In this document: positions 17,871-30,719 of the stretch, piece after piece
How positions within the stretch are numbered: position 1 is the stretch's first letter
Layout of the letters: each line of letters begins with the position of its first letter
NCBI RefSeq assembly: GCF_009914755.1
Contig: NC_060928.1
DNA: 64,000 bases
Strand: one strand, 5' to 3'
Source of the DNA: the human T2T-CHM13v2.0 reference genome, Homo sapiens
Notes under the pieces: generated by a model
The model's input: the letters and a program-made list of their open reading frames with translations, nothing else
Database searches by the model: none
What the model was told of the DNA's origin: nothing
Made by a program: the position numbers and the translations under genes

Positions 17871-18340
17871 TTTAAAGGCACAGACGCTCTAGTGAGTGGA
17901 AAGCATTCAGTGAGTTGACATACTGTGTAATCTACAGAGCAACTCTGCTGGCAAGTGAAACAGCAGGGAAAAAACCTTTAAGCTCAAGGGAACTTCTGAA
18001 CTGTAATAAAACACGGCGGTGTGCCATCATGAATTTACTCACTTTGTTTTCTAGACCCACTTGGTGATCCACCACATGCCATGTGACACTTTCCTCAGCC
18101 ATGGGAGGGGGCAACTCTCATGTGTAGCTCTTGCTGACCCTTTAAGAAAACCCGTTCTGCAAAGTGGTCTCTTTAGAATCTATCCTTACTGGAACTGTGT
18201 GTGACCTCTAAAACAGCTGTGCTGTGAGTATCCCCTGCCCACACCAAACCACTCACTAAATGTAATACTTTGCACACGCTTATATTTATGTGACTGTGTG
18301 AGTGAAAGTTAATGTTGTAGGCATTTAATCAGTACCTTTC

Positions 18341-18880
18341 TGTGGTAGGCAGGGTAACAGCCTACCAAAACGTCTGCATCCGAAAATGTCTGCCTCAAAA
18401 TTTCTGAAGCCTGTGAATATGTTACCTTACACAGCAGAAGCGACTTTGCAGATGTGATAAGGTTAAGAATCTTGATATGGGAGGGTTAATCTATATTATT
18501 TGAGTATGCCCAGTGTAATCACAAGGGTCCTTATAAGATGGAAGAAAGCAGGAGTGGCACAGTCAGAGAAGGAGGTGTGACAACAGAAAGCAGAGATCAG
18601 AAATACAGATTTGAAGATGCTACCCTGCTGGCCCTGAAAATGGAGGAAAGGGCCACAAGCCAAAGAGTACAGATGGTCTCTACTAACTGGAAAAGCTGAG
18701 AATATGGATTTTCCCCCAGGGCCTCCAGAAATAATGAATGCAGTTTTGCTGACACCTTGATTTTAGTTTCATAAGACCCATTTTGGGCTTCTGACGTTCA
18801 GGAGTGTAGATAACAAACTTGTGTTGTTTTAAGCCACTAAGTGTGTGGCAAATTGTGAGAGCAGCAAGAAGAAACTTACA
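18341..18880 (+). mobile_element. MLT1D-like MaLR solo LTR
   Basis: tgtggtaggcag...cctgtgaatatgttaccttac...gactttgcagatgtgat...tttaagccactaagt...aaacttaca. Confidence 0.8.
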
Positions 18881-19953
18881 GATTCCCTAATAGTGGGTTA
18901 TCTAATATCCATAGAAATTATACAAATACCTCATCTACTCTCCTCATTTCACAGATAAAAAACAGAAGAATCAATGAGCTCTATCACTCTTCTATACAGT
19001 TTAATGAATTTTTCCAAAGCTTAATGTTAGGAACAAATGAAAGCAAGTGTTTTTGCATTAAAGCCTCATAGATAGCTAAACTGTGTGGAGCTGCTGATGG
19101 CTCCATATGAGGATGACCCTTAATAATGTGTGTTCTGCTGAGAAATATCCTTTTCTAGATTAATGTTAGAGAGAGAGAGAGAGAGAGAAATGTAAAGGAG
19201 TCTCACTGAAAACAAAAAAGAGCTATTAAAGCAAAATGTGAGCTAAGCCGCTAAGCCTTTTTTTTTTTAAAGAGATATTCTCTGTAGTAAGCACATAAAG
19301 AAATAAGATTATGGAGAAAGATACGTGTTCAGGAAGCATGTCACTGATCTTTAAGTAGCATTTGGGAGGAATCAGCTCTGAAATGTGTGCCTTGGATAAC
19401 CCAGCAGAGGCAACACTTCTAATATTATTTCATCTTGACATGATCTGAGGAGGTTTTTCTGACAATGCTTTTCCAGATGACTGGAATCCTCTGTGGGAAC
19501 ACTATTATCAGGTGAGTGCTCTGCCAGGAGTCTGGGAAAGAGCTGCCTTGGACTTGGGTAATTGCCGTGAAACATTTTCTGAAGAGAACTTAAAATGAGT
19601 TAAATTCTGTTTTTCTAGAAATAAAAAGCCAATATTAAAACTTTAGATATTAATAAGAAGTTAAATATATCTTACTAAGAGAAAATATTTAGCATATCTG
19701 TGCAAAATAGTTCATAGACTATTTAAAAGCCCACCTGTGTCCTGCCAACTTCAGTTAAATTCAAGCTTTCTTATAAGTTCACTTTTCTGTTTTTTTCTTA
19801 GACAGGAAAAGGCTAAATCCCAGTTGTGAAAATTCAAAGAGCACACACAGAACTATTGCTTTGGCCTAATTAAGGGAGCTTTATCATAATTATATAGTTT
19901 CTAGTCCTAAGAAGCCCAGGATTAAAAGGATTGTTGTTTTTCTTCCACAGTCC

Positions 19954-20083
19954 TTTTTTTTTTTTTTTTTTTTTAAATAATAGAGTGTGCCCAGGATGTT
20001 CTGGAACTCCTGAGCTCAAGGAATCCTCCTGCCTCAGCCTCCCAAAGTGCTGGGATTACAGGTACGAGCCTCCATACCCAGCC
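19954..20083 (-). mobile_element. FLAM / Alu left monomer
   Basis: Poly(T) then ...aactcctgagctcaag...cctcccaaagtgctgggattacagg...cccagcc. Confidence 0.8.
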
Positions 20084-20129
20084 TGTAATTTTCCATTTTG
20101 CTGTTACTTGCCTTGTGTCTCACTTTCTT

Positions 20130-20620
20130 TTAACCAGGTTCCAAGGGTAAAATCTCATCACATCTAAATAACTTGGGGCGTGTTGCCTTAACCTCAATTC
20201 CTTTATCTGTGAAATAGGGATTATATTAGCACCAATTCCATAGGGTTCTTGTAAGGGTTAAAAAGGATGATTCCAGTAAATTGTTTAGTCTGATTTGATT
20301 TTGTATCAGAATGCTGCTATAAGAACACAAAGAATTCCACATATGCATACCCCCAAAATAAATATTTAGAAATATCCCAGAAGTTAGAAGGGATAAGGAA
20401 GGACACTATTATTTATGTTTATCAACTATATACCAGCTAAATTGTATGCATATTTTATTTAGTCCTCATATCTAATAAGGCAAAAGTATTAACCCATTTT
20501 AGGTAAGAAAATCGAAAGGTTAAGTACGTTGTCCAAGGTCCCAGAGCTAGTAAATAAAGAATGGAAGCTTCAACCCTTGTCTCTCTGATACTAAAGACTT
20601 TGATTATTTTTTTTACCGTG
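20130..20620. mobile_element. Two MIR fragments (+ near 20130-20290; - near 20425-20620)
   Basis: cctcaattcctttatctgtgaaatagggatt; aggttaagtacgttgtccaaggtcccagagctagtaa. Confidence 0.55.
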
Positions 20621-22181
20621 CATCTTCTCAGGGCTACAGTAAAATTGAAGTATGCCCTATTCCAAAAAGGCTAGTACAGAGACGGTTCGAATGTGCCTTC
20701 CTTCTCTGAGCTGCATCCTCAAAGCTAAGGTACTAGCAGGAAAAGCAGTGTTATCATATGTTACAGCATTGCTTTGTCTTCTAATGAAGGGCAGCAGTGT
20801 CTCAGAAAAAGGAGACTCTTGGTTAAGTTCTGTTATAGGCATTGCTTATTATGCTGAGAAGCTGGAAAGGGTGAGGAAAAAAAGAACTGAAACCACCATG
20901 CATCATTTTGTGGACAAGGATCTCATTATTTGGGCAGTGAAATGTTTATATATGACTCCCTGTAAGTAATTAGCAGGTAGAAGAGCCCACCAGGAAGGTG
21001 CTTTCCTTTGTCTCGCTGTTGTTTACACTGTCTCTCCAAGGCATTGTTTGTCCTTGAGATATTGGGGTGTGTCTCAGTGCCTGAGAGAGAGACAGGGGGA
21101 AGGAGAGGTGGAAATTGGTGCAGGGATGTTACCTACCACAGGAGACCAGGAGTGAATCTGCAAGGCCATGGAAGCAGGCAACGACACATATTGGAGTCCC
21201 ACCAGCAGAGGACAGAGGCTGCACCTGACCACCAAAGGTGCAGCCCCATGTGTTTTCAAAAGAGGAACCCAGCCTCTGAGAAGGGGGCAGCCATAGATAT
21301 TGAGTCCCATTGTCCTAGGGAGAGGGAAAGCACCCTAGGAAAAGAATTCTAGGGTGGGAAATAAGGTTTTCCTGTAGTTAGAGAGGATTTATTCTGTGAA
21401 ACTGAAGAGGAGATTATCTTTTTGAAGAGAGGCAAAGGAGGGGAACCCTAAGACTGTAAAATGGGTATGCCTATGAGAAGACATCCTGGAAGCATTTACT
21501 TTTTCCTTTCCCTTGGCTTCTGAGAAAGAATGCTATTTAGCATCAAATGTTAGGTTATTCCCCCCACTGTTGTAATCTCTTCTAGTTATTCTTCAATAGT
21601 TACCTGGTAGAATCTGTTTCCTGTGCCAGCCTTGTGTTGGGCAATGGTGCTTTGGAAGTTAATGGACAGTCAGTGGGCATTGTGCCTGCTTACGGGAAGG
21701 GTGGTGCACCCTTCCTGTCCTACACTGTCTCCACCAGGGCCCACAGAAGCAGCACAGTTCATTGAGAAGCTCTAGCTTGAGAGAAGCTATAGGGTGACCA
21801 GATACCTGAGACTGGCAGGGGCAAGGTGACCTCAGAGATGCACCCTGCAGCCTGCTCTCACTCAAGTGTATATGAGAACCAAACCTTCTTCCCCAAATAA
21901 CTAGGAACAGATACTCTGGAAACATCACCTGGAAAGAGGTAAATAGACAGGAGCAGAAATATCTGGAGGGAGACTAAATGCACATATTCCATACAAGGAT
22001 AGACATGTAGTTCAAAAAAATGCTCATTGTGTGAGATTTCTCACTTTCCCACAATGACCTAATTGGTATTTAGAGCTTCTCTGTAGAGTCTTTATTTGAG
22101 TTCCCACCCAGAGCTTATGGGCTTGTTTCCGTGGTGTTTCCTAGAGAAAATGATTATCCATTTTCTTCACTACAAAACACT

Positions 22182-22445
22182 GAGCAGTGTAGTGACTAAG
22201 TGTAAGGGCTCTAGCGTTAGATTGCCTGGCGTTACCTCCACATTATTAATTTAGTTGCTATATGAACTTGGGCAATTTACATAGCCTCTCTGAACCCCAA
22301 TTTCCTCACCTATACATAGAATTAGTAAAGGTACCTACCCTATAACATTTGTAACAATTAAATTAGAGAATTAATGTAATTTGTAGAGTTGTTGACATAT
22401 AATAAGTGTTCAGGAAATGATAACCTCTAATTATAATTATTATTT
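22182..22445 (+). mobile_element. MIR, near full length
   Basis: acttgggcaatttacatagcctctctgaaccccaatttcctcacctata. Confidence 0.7.
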
Positions 22446-22555
22446 TTGTTTTTAAAGTACTAAGAATCTCTACCTTCTCCTATGGATAACAGTGGGGACT
22501 AATGTCCAGCTGTGTCCTTGATGCTGTGCTCATTAGAAGGAGCCGCAGGTTTTAG

Positions 22556-22900
22556 CTCAGTCATTCTGACCCTTGGCAACATATTAGTGTTGCCTAAAGA
22601 CCCTGGCCCTGGGCCACTCCTAGACCAATTAAATCAAAACATATGAGGATGGTATCCAGACATCAGCATTTTCAAAGTTCTCCAGATGATCCTAATATGC
22701 AGCCATGGTTGAGAACAATTATGTTAGCTCCTTGCTACTCAAAGTGCAATCAGAGAACCAGCAGCTTTGGCATTACTTGGAAGCTTGTTAGAACCATTCA
22801 GTTTTGTTCCACCCTCATCCCAAATGGACTGAATTAGTCTGAATTTTAACAGGATTCCCAGGCAATTCACATGAACATTAAAGTTTGAGATACAGACACC
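22556..22900. mobile_element. Two adjacent MER5 (hAT-Charlie) MITEs
   Basis: ctccagatgatcctaatatgcagccatggttgagaac; tgctactcaaagtg...accagcagc...acattaaagtttgaga. Confidence 0.7.
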
Positions 22901-23461
22901 AGCTAAACATCTCCAGTAATACTCTTAAGCAATTGCTTTTAGCAGCAAGTAATCTCACAAGCAGCAAAATCTCCTGGTGATTTCTTTCAGCAGTTATCTG
23001 GTGAGCAGACCCTAAGAATGCATCCTGTCTTGCCTTTGGCACCTTCTCAGTTTGGAAACAATAGCTCACTTCCTCCTTTAGCTCTTAGCATCCCCGCTAG
23101 AGGGCACTTGTTCAAAGAGGAACTTGTTCAAAGACCTGTTGCATCTCATAAACAAAGCACGTACTGTTGTATTTCTAGTTGTTTCAACTTCTTTGCACTT
23201 TAGTTATTAAGGGTAGATATCCACTGGCACCCTTTGGCTCAGGGATAACTCACTTCTAGAAAAGGCATCTAAAGAATTGCTAGATATAGTCCAACATACC
23301 ACCAGGCAGTCTCGAAATCAGGTAATTGATTACCTGATTCAGGTACCTGATTCATACAGGGAGAGGACCTCGTAACACATCCCATTTTTTTTTTCTGTGA
23401 TCAGCCCTTAAGAATAGAAATAAATGGGTAAAAAATGTTCTCGAAACAGACCCAGACATCT

Positions 23462-23820
23462 CTGTTAGTAGGGGCTCAGTTATAATGCAGTAACAACCAA
23501 CTCCCAAGACCTCATTTGCACCTTGAGTTTATTTGCTGCCAAGAAGGTTTGGCAGTGGGGCTTTGCTCATCATAGCCACTCAGGTTCCCAGGCTAACCAA
23601 GCTTCAACATGAGCCTTATCAATTTCTGAAGCAGTGAAAAGGAAATGACAGTGTCTCAATGAAAATAAAAAGGTTTTGTCTAGAAGTGATACATGTGGCT
23701 TTTGTGCTCGTTACATTGTCCTAGCAAGCTACAGGACTAACTTTAAAGAGTGAGAGGGACAGAATCCTTACTCTGTCCCTGTAAGGAAAGAGAATCAGAT
23801 ATAGATGGACATATTTCAAT
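23462..23820 (-). mobile_element. Old MaLR LTR (MLT1K/L-like)
   Basis: ttataatgcagtaacaaccaactcccaa...agaagtgatacatg. Confidence 0.5.
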
Positions 23821-24099
23821 GGACTCCCATTTTCTGTTTCTTTTGAATTCTTTCTTACATTTAAAAAGAAATGCTGATATTTATACTGACACCACAATAA
23901 GTAAAGAACAATGGTTCAATTGGACATCTCTTTGTTTCCCTTTCTACCCTAATACTCATCATGTTGATATTTTCTAGTCTTTTAATTCTGTTATTACAAA
24001 TACATTTCTTATTTTTCTTGGTCTTAGATATTTATTTTATAGATAACAAACTTTATCAGGTAAAATACATTAGGTATTATTCTGTCTTCTCATTCTCCC

Positions 24100-24990
24100 G
24101 GATTTTAATAATCTCTTATTTTAGTACTTCATCAAAAACTATTTTCAGTGAAGGTCTCAGCTGCTGATGCTTTGTATTTCTGAGAATATTTTTTATTATG
24201 CTCTGATCTTTGGATGACAGTTTGGACATATCATTCTAAGTTCAGATTTCTTTTCCTTTAATTCTTTGAAAAGACACGATAGTCTTCTTGCTTCCAGTTG
24301 TTTATTTTTTTGAATTCTGATAGAAATTTGCTGCTTCTTTCTTTTTTATGCAATCCGCCTTTTCTCTATCAACTTTTAGGATTTTTTGTTTGTCTTTGAG
24401 GTCCTAAATTGTACTGTAATTTGTCTAAGTGTGGCTTTTCCTTTATCATCTTCGTCTTTAAATGATCTCTTCAATCTGAGGGTCTGCATCTTATTTTTTT
24501 ATTCCAGGAAATTTTCTCCATTATGCCTTCAAGTATTACCCCCTCCCCATTTTTATTTCTCCCGCTTTCTGAGATTTCTACTACCCAGATATAAGTACTG
24601 CTAAATTTAAAAAATACATATTTTTCTTTCTTTTGTTCCCTCCTTCAAGGAAATTCCCCAAATCTGATCTTTCAATTTATTAATTTGTTTCTTAACTGTA
24701 TCCATTTTGTTGTATAGCCTGTTCAAGATGTCTTTTACTTCAGATATTGTGATTTTATACCTAATATTTGTGTTTGATCCTTTTTTATGTTTCTTTGTCC
24801 TTCTTTCATATTAGTGATGTGTCCCTAATCTCGTCTAGCATTGTTTTTTAGCTTAATTTTAAATTCTTGGTCCATCTGTTTTAATATTTCTGTTTCTGAT
24901 GGAATTTGTGATCTAATATGTCATATTTGTTTTGAAATAGTTGTAGTTATCAAAAACTTTGTTATTTGGGCCTGTAAATTCATTTTTCTC
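24100..24990 (-). mobile_element. HAL1/L1ME ORF1 remnant
   Basis: T-rich antisense ORF1-like sequence (tctgagaatatt...gatgacagtttgg...tcttcttgcttccagt). Confidence 0.55.
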
Positions 24991-25949
24991 CAAATTGGGA
25001 AATTTTTAAATGGGCTACTGTGTCAGGCAATGTGTCTAAGGAAGCCAAACCTCAGTCCCTCTCAAACACGATAAACTCAGAATGTGCATATTTGTGGAGG
25101 AGGTGGCGGGAATGAGCTCTCAGGTGAAGAGCCTCAACCACCAGAAAAAAAGAAAAACAGCCAATTACTCATCACTCCACAAACAGTTGTTAAGGTCCTG
25201 GCTTCATCCTTTGCAGAGGAAACTCATTAGATTGTGTATTATTGGTTTTGAGGTTCAAGGAGGAAGTACCTGCACCAAGTTGATTAACCTACAGTTGTAT
25301 TTTTTTGCTCCTCTCAAGCACAGGGGTTTTGTTTCCTGATTTTACCACTAGGGCAAAACATGATCCAGTGCAGGTAAGAAGGAAGGCATTGCTGGTCCCA
25401 TAATAAAGACAGGGTAGAAGCAATAACAGAACTATAACAATTCCCGTGATTTTTGCTGTGACTAGCCCTGTCTGCCTGCCTCTCATCCAACACAATTAAT
25501 TTAAACTTTCAGTGGGTCACCCCAGGGGCTTCTCACAGTTTTCTACGTTTCATAGTATTTTCCTTCATAGTTCCCTCTGTACTGATTTTGGAGATGGGAG
25601 GGCATCAGTTACTAATTCAGCAGCTTGGTTAGAATCTGATGTTAAAATGTAACTATTTTAGCTTTTAATATGTTACCTTTCTATACAGAGTCCCTAACTC
25701 TACATTTCTTCATTCTAAGTATTAATAGTAATCTGGAACTATAGCAACATAAAAATGAATACAAAGACAGTAACATTATTTAGATTAAGTAAAAGCTCAG
25801 AATTATTAATACAAAATAACCACTATCTACAAAATGATTATGTTTTTCCATCAACCAGATTTGCATTCCATTGAGCCTTAATGGAAAATAATAACTCATC
25901 CAAGGGAGCCAGGCAGACAAAAAAAGATTATAGAGAACAAGCAGAACTT

Positions 25950-27357
25950 AAATTTTAAAAGCACACTTTAAAGAATAGTGCACTTACAATTTGAACAATG
26001 AATAAATAATAATGGATTTGGATTAAAACCTAGAGAATAAAATAAATATTCATGACTCATATTTATATAAATAAATAACTAAATAAGTGGGAGAGAAAGC
26101 ACAAGTCTTCCTTACAAAAGAGTTCTAAATAATCCATGTGGACGAAATGCAAGCAATAGAAAGTCACTGCTAGAATACCACAGAGAAAAGTACTGCAGGC
26201 AAGATCCACTGATGGATGCTAAAATTAGTGGATGAAAATTTATGGAGACAGAGAATATTTATATAATCTCAAAGTATCTCCTTCAAAAATACATATTCAC
26301 TGTAAGGGAAAAGTGGTAGCTTTATACTAGAGAAAACTGGCAGAAACCATCATAACTGAGTGATCAAGATTAATATATAAATATATAATATATTTTTATA
26401 ATATAAATAAATGTAAATATAAACATATAAATAATAAATAAATTAATCATCAGTAATAAGACGTATCGACATCATAGAACTCCTGATATGATGCAATGAG
26501 AAACGTCTCTTACCTTTATGGTAATCTTCCTGATAACACATAATCTCAATCTAATCAGGAGAAAACAAACCCAAACAGAAGGACATTCTACATGAAGCAT
26601 TCACGGAAGGACATTTATCTACATGATAAAATTGCCCAGGTCGTGAAAGACTCAAGTGTCACAGATTGAGGGAAACTAAGAAGACATGACAATTAAATGT
26701 AATGTAGGATCCTGGATTGAATCCTGGGATAGAGAAAGTACGTCGTGGAAAATTTGTGAAATTGAAATAAAGTCTATAGCTTAATTGACAGTATCGTAAC
26801 AATTGTTTTGTGGTTACTTGCAGAGGGCACCATTGACCTCCATATTGAAATGATGATGCCATACACACCAAGAGGGTATGAAAAGGTTTATTACTCACAG
26901 AACAAGGCTTTCTAGGGAGAGCAAGGCAGGTGCCCAGATTGGTCTGAAATGGCTTGAGCAAAGGGAGGGGCAAATAGCTTTGATTTTATGATTGTTTGGG
27001 ATGGGATTGGGGTGAGGGTTCTCCCACAAGGGCTAGGGTTTATATGCAGTTTTATCTCCCCATTGGTGTCAAAGAAAGGTATACTCTGACTTTCTTATTG
27101 GCATACACAGATGTTGAGTGAGAGGGAAAAAGGAAAGGGTAGGCTTGAAAGTTGTCAGGATAAGACATCAAAAAATGGAGTTAGACACTTCATGTCATCA
27201 GTACTAATTTCTTAGTATTGATAATTGCACTATGGTTATATAAGAAATAGCATTAGGGAAAGCTGGGTAAAGAAAAAACAGGAATTTTCTTTACTAGTTT
27301 TTCAACTCTTCTGTAAGTCTAAAGTTATCTCAAAATAAAAAAAAAAACTTTTTAAAA
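25950..27357 (+). mobile_element. L1MC4-like 3' end, interrupted by an LTR
   Basis: ggatgctaaaattagtgg, aactggcagaaaccatc, terminal ttctgtaagtctaaagttatctcaaaataaaaaaa. Confidence 0.7.
26795..27197 (-). mobile_element. ERVL-class solo LTR (LTR47-like) nested in L1MC
   Basis: aaaaggtttattactcac (antisense AATAAA), end aaaatggagttagacacttcatgtca; L1MC resumes on both sides. Confidence 0.55.
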
Positions 27358-27401
27358 GCCATTCCACTTAGAAGAATTATTATATTGCAATATGGACTAG
27401 G

Positions 27402-27758
27402 TTATTTTTATTTTTATTTTTATTTTAAGTTTTGGGGTATGTGTGCAGGATGTGCAGATTTGTTACATATGTAAACATGTGCCATGGTGGTTTGCTGCAC
27501 CTATCAACCTGTCACCTGGGTATTAAGCACAGCATCCATTAGCTATTTTTCCTAATCCTCTCCCTTCCCCCACCACACCCCTGGACAGGCCCCAGTGTGT
27601 GTTGTTCCCCTCCCTGTGTTCGTGTGTTCATTCAGTTCCCACTTATAAGTGGGAAGATGCAGTGTTTGATTTTCTGTTCCTACGTTAGTTTGCTGAGGAT
27701 AGAATGAGATCATGTCCTTTGCAGGGACATAAATGGAGCTGGAAGTCATTATCCTTAG
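27402..27758 (-). mobile_element. Short L1PA (PA8-PA11-like) 3' end with ~58 bp 5' inversion
   Basis: T-rich tail, antisense 3'UTR to ...ttagtttgctgaggat (27700), then sense-strand agaatgagatcatgtcctttgcagggac...attatccttag. Confidence 0.85.
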
Positions 27759-27874
27759 ATATATTTTTTAAAGAATTTTTGGTATAAAAATTTTAAGTTG
27801 AATGAACCAAACACCCAGAGATAGAAATGAAAACCCCAGAGACAGAAAAAATGAAAAGTAGGGAGCTACTTTTC

Positions 27875-28945
27875 TATCAGGGGGAACCAGCCCCCAGTAT
27901 TTCAGTGTAGGTCCTTTCTATTTTCCCTAATTGTCAGCCGGTCTGAGAAATAAAGAGAATGAGTACAAAGAGAGGAATTTTACAGCTGGGTCTCCGGGGG
28001 TGACATCACATATCAGTAGGTCTGTGATGTCCCCTGAGCCGCAAAACCAGCAGGTTTTTATTAAGGACTTTAAAAGGGGAGGGAGTGTATGAACAGGGAG
28101 TAGGTTACAAAGATCACATGCTTTAAAGGGCAATAAATATCACAAGGCAAAGGGCAAAATTAGAATTACTGATGAGGGTCTATGTTCGGCTGTGCACATA
28201 TGGTCTTGATAAACATCTTAAACAACAGAAAACAGGGTTCAAGAGCAGAGAACCAGTCTGACCTCAAATTCACCAGGGTGGGATCTTTTCCCCACCCTAA
28301 TAAGCCTGAGGGTACTGCAGGAGACCAGGGCGTATTTCAGTCCTTATCTCAACCGCATAAGACCGACACTCCCAGAGCAGCCATTTATAGACCCCCCCCC
28401 AGGAATGCATTCCTTCCCCAGGGTATTAATTATTAATATTCCTCACTGGGAAAAGAATTCAGCAATATCTCTCCTACTTGCACGTCCATTTATAGGCCTC
28501 TGTAAAAAGAAAAATATGGCTGTATTCTTCCCAACCCTGCAGGCAGTCAGACCTTTGGTTGTCTTCCCTTGTTCCCTAAAATTGCTGTTATTTTGTTCGT
28601 TTTCAAAGTGCACTGATTTCATATTGTTCAAACACATGTTTTACAATCAATTTGTACAATAGTGGTCCTCAAGTGATGTACATTCTCAGCTTATGAAGAT
28701 AACAGGATTAAGAAATTAGAGTAAAGACAGGCATAAGAAATTATGAGTATTAATTTTGGGAACTGATAAATGTCCATGAAATCTTCACAATTTATATTCA
28801 GAGATTGCAGTAAAGACAGGTGTAAGAAATTATAAAAGTATTAATTTTGGGAACTGCTAAATGTCCATGAAATCTTCACAATTTATGGTCCTCTGCCACA
28901 GCTCCAGCCGGTCCCTCTGTTCGGGGTCCCTGACTTCCCGCAACA
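27875..28945 (-). mobile_element. MER11 (HERV-K11/HML-8) solo LTR
   Basis: tatcagggggaaccagccccc ... ggggtccctgacttcccgcaaca termini; internal ~90 bp duplication. Confidence 0.9.
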
Positions 28946-28969
28946 CCTATCGGCAATTGCTAACCCTCA

Positions 28970-29485
28970 TGTATTAGTTTTCTACTGCTGCTGTAATATG
29001 TTACTGTAATATAGACTTAAAAAACACAAATTTATTATCTTACAGTTCTGTAGATCAGAAGTCTGACATGGGTCTCACTGAGCTAAAATCACGGTAGCCC
29101 ATGGGCTGTGTCCTTCTGGAGGCTACAGGCGGGGAATCTATTTCCTTGCCTTTTCCAGCTTCTAGAGGCTACACCCATTTCTTGGCTTATAGTCCCCTTC
29201 CTCCATCTTCAAAGCCAGCAATTCTCAGACCCTTGTTCTATCATCACATTTCTCTTGGACTCTCCCCACTTCTGTTTTTCTCTTCTACTTTTAAGGACCT
29301 TTGTGATTACATTGGCTAGGCCCACACAGATAATCCAGGATAATTTCCCATTTCAAGGTGAGCTAGTTAGCAACTTCAACACCATCTTCAATTTTAATTC
29401 CCCTTTTCCATGTGTCCTAAGGTATTCACAGGTTCTGGAGATTAGGATGTGAACATCGTTGGGCACCATTATTCTGCCTATCACA
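28970..29485 (-). mobile_element. MLT1C/D-like MaLR solo LTR
   Basis: tgtattagttt...ttattatcttacagttctg...ccattattctgcctatcaca. Confidence 0.8.
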
Positions 29486-29664
29486 CTTCATATTCAAACA
29501 TGAGTTTTTAATGGTTGAGAGAGAAAAATAAGGCCTTCAGCCTATACAAGGCAGGGAGTTAGACTTGAGCCTCTGCATAAATCCAGTACCTTTAAACACC
29601 AGTACAGACTTAGCATAGTGAAAATGTGGGCTAGAAAAGTATCTGCCCCCTGGTATGTGGGGAC

Positions 29665-30690
29665 TTTTTCAAGAAATTGTATATATTTTGACAATTTCTA
29701 ACAGGAAAGTTACAAGAATTGTGCAAAAAATTCTCATATTCCCCAAATGTTAACATTATACCTTATTTGCATTTTCATTTATTTACATGATTGTATAATT
29801 TTTTTTCTGAGGTGTGTTTGAAAGTGTGTCATAGACATGATGCTCCTTTTCTACCAAAGTACTTTTAGTGTGTAACAAGGACATTCTTTTATTAAGCACA
29901 GTACAATTATATAAATTAGGAACTTAATATTGTTACAATAGTCCTACCTAAATTACAGACATCATTAACTTTTCACTAATTGTCCCAAAATTGTCCTATA
30001 TAGCAATCTGGATCTTGTGTTGCATACAGTTGTCATGGCTCTTCAGTCTTTTAAAATCTGAAATATTTTTTCAGTCTTCATCATTCATGACATTGACATT
30101 ATTGAAGAATATAGGCCGTTAGTTCATAGCATTCCCTCATTTTGGATTTGTCTGATGTTTCTTCATGATTTGAATCAGATTGTGCATTTTTGGGTAGAAA
30201 CAGCACAGAAGCGATGTTACAATCTACTCAGTGCATCATACTGTGGCACATGATGTTGATCTGTCCCATTACTATGTTAATTTTCATTGCATATAGTTTT
30301 CCATTTGAAATTCATAAGTATTTCATACAGAAATATTTTGAGAATATGTAAATATACTACTTAAATTTTGCCTACTAGTGTTAGCATCCATTGATGATTC
30401 TTCTTGGAATTAATTTTTATTTTTATTTTATTTTATTGAAAATTTTTATTTTTATGGTTGCCAACTGGGGATTTCTAATTCTATTATTCCTTCTACATTT
30501 ATAAGTTGAGCATCTTCTACAAGAAAGGGCTTTCCAATTTTCCCCATTTATCAAATTATTAGTCAATTAATATCAGTATGGATTCATGGATTCTTAGATG
30601 GGCTATAATCCTTTACTATTGTTCAGTTTGATGCTCACGTCATTGCAGATTTGGATAGTAGGAATCACTTCAGGGTGCTCCTGTGTCAAA
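29665..30690 (-). mobile_element. L1MC4/5-like 3' end
   Basis: aacaaggacattct, tttggatttgtctgatgtttcttcatgatt, atcagtatggattcatggattc. Confidence 0.65.
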
Positions 30691-30719
30691 GGGCATTGTT
30701 TCATTAAAAATTACTGTTT

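Noticed and set aside
28720-28885. ~90-bp tandem duplication
   Set aside because: As I recall, a standard internal feature of MER11 LTR subfamilies
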